A DNA stretch of 64,000 bases from Bugula neritina (lineage: Eukaryota > Animalia > Bryozoa): the NCBI GenBank assembly GCA_964035545.1, contig OZ037771.1, positions 10,854,480-10,918,479 of the forward strand, read 5' to 3'. Shown one piece after another: positions 25,185-38,900 of the stretch. Under the pieces are notes generated by a model. It did no database searches. It was given only the letters and a program-made list of their open reading frames with translations, and was not told where the DNA came from. Each line of letters begins with the position of its first letter. The first letter of the stretch is position 1. Made by a program: the position numbers and the translations under genes.

Positions 25185-28100
25185 TTAGTTATTCTTCCTG
25201 CATTCGGTCCCAGAACCAGGACTAAACACACACTTGCATCTACCTCTCTTTTCTACTGCCTTGTAGAAACAGGGACACCTGAAAGATTTCATGTTTGTAC
25301 CTGAAGTTAGCATGGGTAAAGGTAGAAATGTAACTAAACAGTATTAAAGTAGTTGCATATATTGCCACAGTTAGCCAAACTTCCATTAAAAATTACTAGC
25401 ATACAAAATGGTCTAGTTATGAAATAGAAGTATTATTTTCTGTGCAAATCAAAGCATTTTAATCCCAAACTAGGAAAAAGTCTATAGTACTTTTGCCTTT
25501 AACAGGCCATTAGACTTGTCCAATTACTTATAGGTTATAAATATTGGAGGGTTTCAATTCCCCAGTAGCCCTTGTAGTGTAGGTTATTTTGCCAGTTTGA
25601 CAGCTGGAGGTTGGCAGGTTTAAATCCCAGTGGGAGGCAAATATTTTACACATGTTAAACAAATGACAAAAAATAAACAAAAGCAAATAAACACATATTT
25701 ATACTGGCTATTATTGTAACTGTAGCCTAAATTATGTAACAAAATTTATGTCAGGACCACCAACTAGTACAATCAGAGAGCTGTCAAATATATTACATGT
25801 AGTGAGGGTATTTCTGTGAACACTCACTTCAAGTGTCTGCAAGGTGCTTTCGTTGTGGGGACAGGTGTTGTTGTTGTAATCTCAGTATCCTGTGGTTCAT
25901 GAGCTATAGCTTGTAACATGCCACCAGCTCTTGCATAAGGGTTTTCACAACTACAAGAAGAGGCTAGTTGGAGTGTAATGCTAACCAATAACTGGACGCA
26001 GCTGCCTACACAGCCAGCACCAGCCTGATCTGTGACTTAGTATTTTCATACTAGTATGAGCGTAGTAAACTCTGGTCACAAGTAAGGGGTGATGCATTAT
26101 ATAGTATACAGCTTAGATATTTGTATAATATAGAAAAACACATACAGCAGCAATTGCACAACACATAAGGCTAATGGTGAGATATGCAAACTCTTCAGCG
26201 CATTGAAGAGAGTAACAGTTACATTGTAAGTTCAGGTTTCAAGAATGAGTATTGAGTATTGTAGACAGGGTGACTGAGCACCCATACATCGGTTTCCTTG
26301 TTTGGAGATGATTTGGTGATAGGTGATGTATAATGTAAATAGTATACAGCTAGACTAGCCAAGTATATTGCTATCAATTACCATTTTCTCGCTTCTTCAT
26401 AATATTATGTAAAAAATGATGATTCTGATAAGTTTGAAGGTGTTATGTATGTAAGTAAATTGTTGTTGCTATGTAACAAAATAGTTCTGCCCTGCTCTAC
26501 TACAGTACCTGCATGTGATTGGATTAAAGCTGGCATAAGCACCACAGTTGAACAAAACGTCTACACATTGGCATTGGCATATGTTCTCATTCCATCTCAT
26601 GTGGGAAGGGCAAGTTCGGGCTTTTTCTTTGCATTGGCATGAGCAATGATAGCTGTCTGTCACAGAAATATAAATGGACATATTCATAGGCCTGAAGTAA
26701 GAATGTATATTTATATAAATATTTCATTACATGTAGCCACATTTTCTGATATGTTTTGAGCAACCCATATGTTTTTCAGAGCCTCTTCTGTTACTTACTA
26801 TATTCAATAGAGCTGTTTATCTTGATGGGCCAACCAATTATAAACAATATAATCTGAATTTTTGATCATATAGAAAATATTTATAAAGACCAAAGATCAT
26901 AAACATAAAGGAAAAGCTATAAACATCCAACTCAAGCCGTTTAAGACACATGCAGCCTTGTATGCTCTTATACCATGCTGTTATGCTAGTATCATCTGTG
27001 AGTTGCAACTGGGGAACAGTTCAATTCATACACAGTTGTTTCAAGTATTATGTTTTATGGCATCATGTATATGGTGGCATGACCAGGAACATCAAAGGCT
27101 ATAACTAAAGATATACAAATTTAACTTAGATCACCGAGAAATTCAGACATGAAAATTTCTAAAAAGCAGGACTACATGTAACCATCTCACATTAAGAACT
27201 AAAGTGTACTCTCACAATTGAGAGGTTCTTAGTAGAGTCATAGAATCATCATCAAACAACTGTTGAAGCTTAAAGGTCATCTATACAAAATGAACTCTTG
27301 GGTCATTTTACTCAATTTAGAAGACACTTGATATATATCTGGTTTTTAGTTATTTTTTACAATTTAGCTGCTGATATATATGTTTTTTTACACTAAACTA
27401 ATGAAATGTTACCAAATACAACTAAATAATCAAGGTTTTAATTTTGCCTGGTCCCCTATGTTTTTTTCCTATTTTTTTGGTGAATTGAGATATGCAGAAC
27501 ATGTGATGAAAAACCATCATGGTCGGCATATATGTATTTGGCTCATATAACAATGACAGCGTAATTTAATGTTGTAGGAAAGCTCTTCCCAACATCTTTT
27601 TGCTATGCATATAGTTAGAATCAGCTTAAAAAGTCATCCAAAAAGTAAATTTTTATGAATTTTGAGTCAATTTTAATTTTTTTGCCATAACATGTACAAA
27701 AGAAAGTAAAATGACCCTAGTCAAATTTAGGACAACTTAAAATTTCTAAAGCTTATAAATGTTAGTATATCTTTTGCTCATTACAATATTATATTGTATG
27801 TATAATACGTACCATAAACATGAATTTCATTGTTGCAGTCTTCTTCAGTAATTTTACACTCGCATTGACACTTAGTGTGATCCTCTACTTCCACATGCAT
27901 GACACCGGAAGGTGTTAAAATAGTATCCTTGTATTCATACCTGAGCACCTGGAAATGCAATAGAGTTGACTTTATATGACACATTAATTCCTTCGTGGCG
28001 ATATATTACTATAAATTGTGTATCTAGAATTAGACTGTTATAAAAATACAACTGAAATATAGCTTGAATAGAATAAAACATATTGGAAAAAACTGTTTTT

Positions 28101-30662
28101 ACGCAGGCTATATACAAATTACTTCCAATTCATGCAGGAATAATGTTATCCTTTTTCAGAATAATGTTATGGTGGGTTCTAATGCATGCAATTACTCCAG
28201 TGATCAGTTATGTAAGTGAGTAGGAATTACACCAGCTCTCGTGTGAGAAAAATAGATACATATTTAAAAGTATTAGCATAAAGAAAAGGGTTACATTCAG
28301 CTGCCCTGAATTAAAACAATAAAAGTGACACTATACACATATAACATCTAGACTCTAGCCAGCCTACACTCTAACTCTCAGTTCTGAAGCTTTCTGCTTT
28401 GCAGGGGGTAATCACGTGATCCATGTGATTGGTTATTCTTCTTGCGTGCCACGCCTACACATTCTAATACTGAGCTATAGGAGGTGTGATTAGACTTCCA
28501 CTATCCATTACAATAATTGGAACCATCAAAATTAATTATGTTTTGTAAAAAGCATATTTTGTACGAGAGACATTAAACTGCTACTAAGACATATGACAAC
28601 AGAACAATATAATTTTTTTGTATTTTATATAACCATATTCTGTGCAGAATAATTTTTTTTCACTTTAAAACCTATGGACCTTTTATTTACTTGTAGTATT
28701 TCAACTCAATAAATAACTAGTTACCTTTTCGAAAGACAATTCAGATTAGCCTGCAAAAGACGAGTTAAAATAACAAGCAGTTACGTTGTTTCAAAGAATA
28801 TGCAGCAGAATCTAGTCAAATACCCCAATCTTTCTTTTCTGGATTTCTTTTGGCTTGCATGTGAGTTGGGGGTGTGCACAGCAACCCCCACAGCGCTTCA
28901 GTTTAACACAAGATGGATGAAGTACTATGTTAGTGCGGTCATTCGGTATCGGAACTGCTTGCTGATAGACTTCACAACCAGCGTACTCTGAGTCGATGGT
29001 GACTTCTGATTCTATCGGAACAAAGTTGTTCTTATGAAGGTCAACTCTATTAACGTTACTGGCCTCAAAGATATCATTGAAATATCATAGTAAGTATTAT
29101 AGATATCATATAATATTCTTTGTGCTAATTGTTAAAGAGAGTAACACGTCTATACTTACCTGATCGTGCGTAACCCTCATCACCTTTGAGACCTGAAATA
29201 TTGATAACTTGATCTAATGTTTGTAATGAAACAAAATACAACCCCTACTCAGTGTTACACCCACTAACTTAAACTGAAAGTCTTTTAGTGTGAGTATACC
29301 TTGCTCTTACCATATATGGTGTTTGGCAAGAGGTATCATTGAAACAACAAATTACTACAGGATATTGAAAAAGTCTTGTAATTATAATAATTATTTTTAC
29401 CAGAGTCATAGGAAAGTGTAATGACAATATTTCCTATCAACAACTATTAACTGCAAGCGATATACATAAAGTTAATTACCAGCAGGTGAGTACCTTTTCC
29501 ACCTTTGAGATGTAAAATATTGAAAAACTTTTGGTACTGAAACAAAACCACTCTGCACTACATCCCCAACACTGTTATTCCCTCAAAGAGTTATTATATA
29601 TAATACTATTGGTGGTATTGAAACATTCTGTGGCCTGCTTTAATGAACAGCTCTATCTATGTCTGTAGGTGAGTGTGTTCAGAAAAAAATTTTCTCTACA
29701 TTAATAGAGTACGTTTTTGTTAACAAAATGTGCATGGCTAGAAATTTTGGTCATCTTACAACTATAGAGCATAAAACATTACTCGCTAGTTTGGCCATTA
29801 TTCATCAGAGTTAAAGAAACACTTTGTGCAGTACTTGTTAAATGTTGCTCACGTCAACAATATTTGTAAAATTATAATTGTCTGTGCAAATACAAACAGT
29901 GATATCTAACCTGCTCATCCACATGAGGGGGTTTTTATATTTAATTGAAGGTCGTGCAATATTTTGAAAATCAGTTTATATATGATATGTATTAAAAAGT
30001 AGAAAACAAACTGCATATCGCCAATGGGTTTTTAAGAATTGAATAATCAAAAATAGTTGTAAAAAGACCTTTAAGATAATCTATAAATAATTTCAACTAA
30101 TATGTAATCTGTTTCATTTTAAAAAAGTATCCAGTCTTTGCAAAATTCAAGTAAAGAACTATAACTGGAATGTTTGAAATTTAGCTTTGAGTTTCCATAT
30201 GTGCTTCTCAAGTTAAAATATTTATTATTCATAATGGAAAATTAAACACAATACTATAGCAGCTGTGGAGACCGCTTACCTTTCTCAGTGCTAGGCAACG
30301 CCAGAGGTTTCTGGAAAAACCTGTCCATCATAAAGTCCGTAAAGTTTTTGCTTCCAGCTACAACTGCGTCAAAAAAGCCTTCATTCCGAAAAAAGCTTAG
30401 TGGCATTTCCTAAGAAATAAAGACAACATTGGGCAAGATTCAGCTAAACTATGTATGGGATTGCTCTGAAAATATATGTAGCATCAGTATTTTTAACATA
30501 TTCACAAACATACAGTACTGCGTGTTCAGTATTGTAATACAAAAGTTGAAAAGTAGTAAGTCTTACAGGTAAAGTGGTGTTGCCTGTCATGGTGGTGTCT
30601 GCTATACTCAATCCTGTCAGGATTAGTACGACAACACTTCTAAACAATAAGAATCTCGCCAT
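25185..30662 (-). CDS. PDGF/VEGF-related factor, paralogue A: signal peptide, cystine-knot PDGF domain, CXCXC repeats, terminal Cys module
   Basis: Exons 30662-30567, 30409-30280, [29536-29480 and/or 29192(or 29213)-29160], 29011-28824, 27948-27813, 26656-26509, 25950-25828 and 25278-25185. Signal peptide MARFLLFRSVVVLILTGLSIA. The domain GCEVY..HPSCVKLKRCGGCCAHPQLTCKP..VEDHTKCQCEC has all 8 cysteines. Confidence 0.92.
27270..27740. mobile_element. Degenerate non-autonomous DNA element related to the 12351 fold-back (TTAA-bounded, possibly Kolobok-like)
   Basis: 27303-27530 aligns by eye to the left arm of 12351-12580 (CATTTTACT..ACAATTTAGCTGCT..AAATAATCAAGGTT). It has subterminal inverted GGGTCATTTTACT/AGTAAAATGACCC, starts TTAAAGG and ends CTTAA. 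Confidence 0.6.
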
Positions 30663-31999
30663 GTTGAGTTCAAATCATGGAAGTTATGCTGTACAGAGTG
30701 TACTGTTCAAACTGCTGCCTGTCAAACCACTGCCTAGATGAGGTGCTGTCTTTTTTTATATCATATTTCATAATATCTAGTTCCTTGTAATGAGTGTTAT
30801 GCTGGAAAACATGTGACAAAGGTTGCTGGCAGCAGCTTTTTGTTATAAACAATATTAAAAAGGTCAGCGTCTTCAGTGAGACGTACTGATCAGCTGGTAA
30901 TTCGATTACAAGAAAGTATGTTTTGAATTTATCTTCAGCTTGCACATAGATAATACTGACAGAATAGATGTGTTGCAATCTTTTAGTGATCTGTTGTAAT
31001 ATAAGTTCTATATTAATTTATCCTTTAAAAGCCTACTGTGATGAACTGACTACTGTAAGCTGTGATGTATCCCTTAGATACAGCCTAACAGATTATAGCT
31101 ACTTTGAACCCTACATGATACCTACATTCTCACGGAAGTTTATTCTGTGATTATAAAAGCTTTAATAACATAAGTTTGTATTAATATAAGAAAATTATAA
31201 TAATTCTTGGCTTCATGCAAAATATTCTTTTCAAAAAAATTGAAAATTGAAATATTGTAACACAATATTTCAATTTTCAGATATAAGTCAAGGCAAGTAG
31301 CTCAATAGCAGGCTACCAAGCATCAATTTACTGTTTTCTAAAGCATACATTTGATGTTAAGAAACATTTCTAACTTATTTACAGACACGGAAAAGTTATA
31401 CGTTAATGAGGAACTGCTTATAGTTGGCCAATACAGAAGCTATAAATACAACTATATTCACATCTATAAATAAACTGAAATTATAAATATGGACTTATAC
31501 TGTTGAGCAAGCGGTCAGCACCACCACTTTGGAAGATTAAAACACAGAACAAACTATCCCCGTGAAGGGAGGGGTATATATATATATATATAACTACAGT
31601 TTTCTAAATGATGATTGAACGAATTATTTGTTAAAGACTAGGTTACTTTGAATTCATTAGCTAAAATCTTTCAATTTATTTCAATAATGAAGTGAGTAAA
31701 GAGATAACCGGGAGAGATGAAGTTCTAACATATATATATACTCCAACTCTATCACAAGACATTACAAGTATACCGGCATTTTGGAACGCCAACACGTAAA
31801 TACTAAAATTGAACTATAGTAAGTTGACTGCTGCATTTAAAACAAAATTAGCCTCATTAGTTTGTGTAAATCTATAGTTATATAGTGCTTTGATATGGCT
31901 CTGATTTAAATAACCTCAATTGTATATTTGTTATATTGAACTTCTGAAAGCATAACGACCACAAATTTGTAACAAAAAAATTTAAAAGTGTGATAATTA

Positions 32000-32130
32000 C
32001 TAGAATGCCTTCAATTGTTGTTATTTATATTCTTGATGAAGAATTAAATAAAGTTCTAGCAGCTGTAAAAGCGACTTACCTACCTCAATGCTGGGCAACG
32101 CATGCTGGTTTCTGAGAAACCATGTTTAAC
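32000..32130 (-). pseudogene. Relic copy of the 3' half of PVF-A exon 2 plus adjacent intron
   Basis: GCAGCTGTAAAAGCGACTTACCTACCTCAATGCTGGGCAACG matches GCAGCTGTGGAGACCGCTTACCTTTCTCAGTGCTAGGCAACG at 30259-30300. Confidence 0.7.
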
Positions 32131-32977
32131 ATATGGTAGCTAATGATACAGTTGGTAGTACCAATAACTACCAGTTATAGCACATGATGACACAGCTTGC
32201 AGTTATGTAAGAAGGTACCAATTACAATCTTAAATGTTCAGCGGCTTTATAGCAATACAGTATCTCAGGTGAAGGAAGTTTTGATAACCTTAGCACAGTT
32301 ATCTTTGAAAAAGATTTTACAGAATGAGTTTTTATAAGGTCATAAGGAAATCGTGTTGCTATAACAAGAGCTTTGGCTCCAATAATTTCAAGTTTTGGAA
32401 TGCTATTTAAGCCTAGTCTTACTATCAGCTTGAATGCAAGATCCACAACTTGTGTAACAATACTACAAATTTGGAAGCAGAACGTAGCTGTTTATTGCAA
32501 TACTTTTGCATACAACAGAGGGCCAGAAAAGGAGCCATTGATGAGCAGGTTTGGATTTATATAGAGAAAACTCAGAATAAATAAACATACAGTTTATTGC
32601 ACTAACTGGCAAATTATTATATCAAAATATGTGACGGTAGCAAAATATTATTCTACCTAAATGAAACTGGTAATACAAACAATAGAGCTGTGATTGTCTT
32701 ACAAGAACATAAAAATCAACTTGTTAAATAGGGTTAATCCACATTCAGCTTAATTATAAACCATTGATGTATATAAACTGTTGACCCACATTCTAGCAAA
32801 GAGTATATAACATGGTATCCAAATATGAACCAATATTGTCAACAGTTTTAAACAAGGTGCTGTAAAATATAGCACCGGATTCTAGAATTTATGTTAGTGG
32901 CACATTAGCGGCCATAATGTTATATCTTCGTAATAATATATAATACTATTGTGTAAGAAGCATTTCAGTGTCTCAAT

Positions 32978-35900
32978 TTAGTTGTTTAAATTTGCCATCA
33001 TGATGTCGTATTGAACTCTATCAAACTCACAGAGACATCGTCCACTCTTCTCAACTGCCTTGTACAATCTGGAGCAGCTACAAACAAATAGTTGAAAACT
33101 TTATGTCCATCAATCATTTGATCAGATTGAAGAAGAGACAAGCTATATTTCAATTAGTCTTGCGTTAGAACTAAAGTTTGTGGCGTTAGAACTAAAGTTT
33201 GTGGCGTTAGAACTAAAGTTTGTGGCGTTAGAACTAAAGTTTGTGGCGTTAGAACTAAAGTTTGTGGCGTTAGAACTAAAGTTTGTGGCGTTAGAACTAA
33301 AGTTTGTGGCGTTAGAACTAAAGTTTGTGGCGCACAAATTCTATATAATCAAAATGATGCTGTTGAGCAAATATAAATAAAGATCTTTTATCATAACCAA
33401 TCGAAGTAAGTAAGGTCACATCAGTAAGGTCATATCAGTAAGTTCATACTGTATACACAACTTTGGGATAATGAACTTTTTGGCAGTCAAGGAACTTGGC
33501 TTTAGTTATCTAGTCACCTACTATCTGAAATTGGGGAAGTCACCTTAAATGTCCTTACATTTATCATCTGACTTATAATTAACTACCACAATATATCCTT
33601 ACTTTTTATGTGCACAGTAATCGGCAGTAGTTGTTTCAACAACACTTGGTGCAGCTACTGTGACTGGTGCTACTGGCCCTCCAGATCTTGCTGGATCCAC
33701 TTCACATCTAAAAAAGCACCAGTTAAATATATACTAGACTAGCTAATACATTGTAAGGCCTAACTGTCAGTCAGGCACTAAAATTTTGACATTTATTGAT
33801 GTCAACACAGCATAAGTAGACAGTTATAAAATTTTTGTATTTCTTGCTAATGACACCTTGCAAACATTGTTTTGCAGATTAACTTTTCTATAACTCAAAT
33901 TGTGCTTTTAAAACTTTCTGTATTTGTAAAATCTGCTATAACTAAGCATATGTTGTTAGCCTAAAAGTTTCAATGTTTGCCTTAACAGAACACAGTGATC
34001 ACAAGTTAGTTTTTGAAGATAACTGAGAGCAGAATAGAGTCACTCACTTGCAGTCTACCATGTTGTATCTGTATCCTGTTCCACAGTTCTGTATCGTAGA
34101 GCAACGACATGCACACAGTTCCTCATCCCATCTTTTGTTGAGTCCGCAATTTTGTTTGCCACTTTTGCACATACACTTACAGTCCCAGTCATCTATAAAA
34201 CATCAGAGGTTCCATGCATACCCACTAAGCTGTGCTAGAAGCAGAATGCAACATCAACACTCCGTAAAACTTTATATTTCAGCTTTCCTGCTCAGACTTA
34301 CCAAAGTAATGCATGCTGGGATTACAGTCAGCCTCTGTTATCTTGCACTGACATTCACAGGCTGTGTGCTCTTCCAGTTGAGCATAGTCTACACTCTCAA
34401 CAGGGTGGGCTTGTGATCCATCATACACATACTTCAGCACCTGGTATACAGTACACAACATTGTAATACCATTGTCTTATCTTACAGTAAACTACAGTAC
34501 AATATAATGATACACAGCTGTAAATAATAATTATATTATGCCCCAATATATAATATATTTAAGCTATAATTATTTATTAGCAAACTGGCAAACTGCACCA
34601 AACATGTTATAACAATGTGCTTGATTGAAATAAATATTTCAACTAAATGAAAAATTATTTAACAATCAAGTTGTGATTGCCTTATAAAAACATAAAACTG
34701 AGGTTTGCAAATAACTTAAAATGTTTTATAAAAGGAAACTAAATGGATCAGACTACTGTAAGATAAAAATGATTAAAGTGTTATAGATAAAACATGCAAA
34801 ACAGAGCCTATGATAAGCTATAACAGTTAAATTAAAGTAAACCATACCTGTATGATTTTTTCCTTCTTAGTTGTTGGTTTGCATGCTAAAGAAGGGTGTC
34901 CACAACAGCCCCCGCACTGTTTGAGCAAGACACAAGAGGGGTAGAGCAGCACATTGGTTCTATCGTTAGGTATAGTTACAACCTGCTCGTATGGATCACA
35001 CCCAGCATGGTTCACAGTAGCAGCTAGCTCTAAAGTATTCAACATCAAATCATAACTCCAAGTAATTCAATATAGAATAGAAATCTTATGAGACTTATGA
35101 ATTTTAAAATGGATAGCTTTCTAACGCTTTTGTGCTCAAATTGAGTTTATCAACTCAAGATTTTCTTCTACTGCGACTTGGCTCTCACACAACTAAACTC
35201 AAAAATAGTTAATAAAAAAAAAATTCTACTAAGCATCAGTAAAATGTGGTTTGTTACCTGATCGTTCAAAGTCTTTCACTGACATGCTCCCAAGATGTTT
35301 AATATTGCTGGCATTTGTGTCTGAAAAAAAAAATTAAATAAAGTATTTATAATTTGGTTACTTAAAACAAAGGACAGCTGTTATGCAGGTTGTTTGGTAG
35401 ATCAGTAAAAAATAGTGAAGATAACTCTAATTTTACTTTCAGATTTGTAGAGATTTAAAGTGAAGGCAGCTTTTAAGTTATTTTAGAATCACACCTTAAA
35501 GAGGTGCAATCATTAATAAACACATGCATGTGTGAGAGAACTAGCAAAACAGTTGTCGTTCCAGGGAGTTGTTAACTTTCACCCTGAAACAATATTTATA
35601 AACACACTTAATAATTTAGGCCATTGAACTATCCCTGTGAAGTGTTAGAAACTGATTATCCATGAGGTCAAAAGTTGACCTTGCAGAGGCAATTATTTTA
35701 TCAATTTGACATATTTAAGTTTTGCCAGTCAAATAAAATTTGCAAGGAATTAAACAAGAATTTGTTGAGCGTTAAAATAAGCATAGCTTTTTAGTAACAG
35801 GGAGAAAACTTTGCATTGGATATTCTATCTAACTCAACTAACAGCAACTCTTACAATATTTACTAAAGCACATTTAAGCATACTGAAGCACATTTAAGCA

Positions 35901-38900
35901 TACTGAAGCACATTTAAGCATACTGAAGCACATTAAAGCACACTAAAGCATACTAAAGCAGCACCCACACGACCGGCTGTTTAGTAGTTCAATGAATTCA
36001 CTGGTGGAATCACCGATCATATGCTGGTTACAGAGTTTCTAGTAATCATCTTTTAGATGCTTACCAAGTGGGATAGCAGTGTCCACCCCATTAATATCAA
36101 AGTCATCAAAGAACTTGTCTATGATAGCCTGGGGGTTCTTCACATTGGCAATGTAGCCTGTAGATCTGAGATAGGACAATGGGATCTAAAGTGATACAGA
36201 CACTGTCATGCAACAACACACAAACAGCACACAGTAAAGCTAGAAGTTGGTTGCAGTAAAGGAGAAATTTGGCAAAGCCTGCTTTCTAAAAACAGTTGTG
36301 TTTTTAATTCTTAACCTTAGCTCCAAAAAGAAAATTCACAAAGATGATTAAAGAACTTGGGCTATTGAAATTTCTCTGTTGCCACACCTAAGCTTGCATG
36401 CAAGTCACAAGAAAGTCATGAAATATGAAACAAAGTCATAAATAGCCATTTAGATTACAATAGTAAGAATACTAGTGAGAGTTTTTCCCCAATCCAATTG
36501 CCCTGGGGAAACCTATATACCACAGGGAGGCTGATAGTCAAAAACATTTTTAATGCAGCTTTAGATTACAATTAGACAGAGCCAGCGTCTTATAGTTGAA
36601 AATGAAAATTTCTAATTGATTTCACTATACTTTGGTGGGGCATCTGGAGTGCTATTAATGCAGATGATGAAACAATATTTTGTTTTTGAAAGCTCATCAC
36701 TTTACCAAAGAAATCTGATCCATAAAGTTCAGAGGGTAACTGGTTGCAGCAGTAGAACTAAAAAGGCCCATTTTATAGTAATTAAAGGATGCCAAGCAGC
36801 TTAGTCATCCCACAGATATGTTTATTTTTCATCATTCATTGAGTAAAACAGGGAAAACAATATAACTAAACTCAGCTTTGCCATATGACTCACAGCTTGA
36901 ACTCACAAAAATGTTTTTTTACACCAAAACTGATTTGTAGTCAGAATTCCAGAAAATTCATAGATTGCAACATAATGCTGCAAATACTTTTCTGATAATG
37001 ACTGACACAAGTTTGAAACTGGATGTGATAGGAATGACAATAGTGAATGGTCTCAGATATACAATTTTAAACCAAACAAACAAGTTAGTATCTCTAAAAT
37101 GGTTTACAAGAATAGGATAATCATTGGAGAGTTCAATTCTTATCTTATTTATAGAACCCAGTTATGTAATAGTCTACTTTTATTCCAGATTGTCTAAATC
37201 AAGTCTCACTATATGTGACAATGTTTTTCATCTGTAAGCTACCAAAGCTTCAGCCAACTAAAGTCCTTTGTGACAATACATTCTCTCACCCAGACAGATA
37301 ATGTTAAGTCTAATAAAAGCATAAAATAACAGAGATAGCAGGTGTAAATTTTGGTTATCTCCATTAAGGGTGTTACTAAACAGTTAGTTATGCATTACAG
37401 TAGTTGGACTATGAAACTGGTTGCTGAATATGGAACCTAGTGCTTAAAGATTTCATAAAGTTCTAGCTTTCACTTATAAACCCAATCTTGCGCTATTTTC
37501 CATTTCCTCCACGAAGTAGGACTAATAAATAATATACAAATTATTGTTTCATACAACCATTTTACAAACGAAAAAATAAGATAATTTCCTTTTCACCCTG
37601 TGGCTATTTCAATATGTGTAGCTGCTGAAAAATAATTTCAACTCATGAATTGAGTAGGAAGAATATTATATTTAAATACAACAGAATACAAGAAATAGCT
37701 ACGCTTGGATGCACCCTTATGTGTGACTTAAATTTAGCGGTCGGTGTTGACTCCAATCAGCAAAACTAGCCAACTATATAATTATAATTTCTATCTATAG
37801 TACTTTGTACAGCAGCCAACGCAGGGAAATGCTAGATATACTAGGTTCATTACTAAGGTTTCTTTTCAGTGTGAAACTTTGAATTTGCTTTATACTTTCC
37901 TTCACTTTATTTTACTTCTTACTAAAAGCTGATATTTTATTTCAGAGGAACTTGTGAGTTAAAACTGACTTTAGAACTACATGTAGGTCTAGTATCTAAA
38001 TATGAATTAAGAAGCAAGTTATCAAAGCACATCTGCAGGATAAAAGAATAATAGATATTTATACTAGTGCCTAAACAAACTAGAGAATGCTATGATAGAG
38101 CTCTTAACCCTAAATAGCTGTAATGTGCATGTGCAACATACTATTATGTGTAGTCAAACCTTTAGATAGATGGAATACCACAACAACATCCAGAAATTAC
38201 AAATATTTTGATGAGACTGAAGAAAATGTTGTGTAAACAGTTGAGCAACAATCTCTGACATTCTAAATAATTGCAACAATAATATTTGTTAGATGAATAA
38301 CATTTTACTTTCAAAACTAGTAGCTTGTAATCATACCCATATGATGCCTTTTAAGAAATATAGTGCATAGTGCTTGCTCTAAACCAAAACTACAAATATT
38401 GGAAGTTCAAAACTACTGTGAGCTATGCTCAGTATAATTTTTAACCCCATACTACTGAAAATAAGTACAAAATACCGATTTATAGAACACTAACAGCTAT
38501 AAAGTATATTGCCATTCTACACTGTAACTATAATGACCCTTGATTCGAATCAGCAGTGCAGCATTTTCTAATTTGAACTGGGAGGTCCGTTTGCCATTCT
38601 CCAGCTCTAGCATGTTGCTCAGCTTTTATATGCAGTGTTCACAGCTTTGTAATTGAACATGTTTGTCATAATATTTAAAACCACTGGTCATCGTGTATGG
38701 TTCTGATAAGATAATCATTCAAAGAATAGTTATAATTCAAAGAAATAAAAGACAATTGTTATTTTATCTAAATTGTGACTTTCTACTTAATTTTCATCAA
38801 AAAGCATTGCAACATCGTTTTGTGGCAAAGTGCACCAACATTGCTATCACTATTTCCCATGAGCTACTGATAAAGAAGTATATATGTATACATTTGATCA

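Noticed and set aside
25565-25640. tRNA-like A/B-box remnant (similar one at ~42742-42800)
   Set aside because: No cloverleaf can be drawn; at most decayed SINE heads, too degenerate to call.
33143-33380. ATNFSSN/VALELKF repeat ORFs
   Set aside because: They come from the 21-bp intronic repeat.
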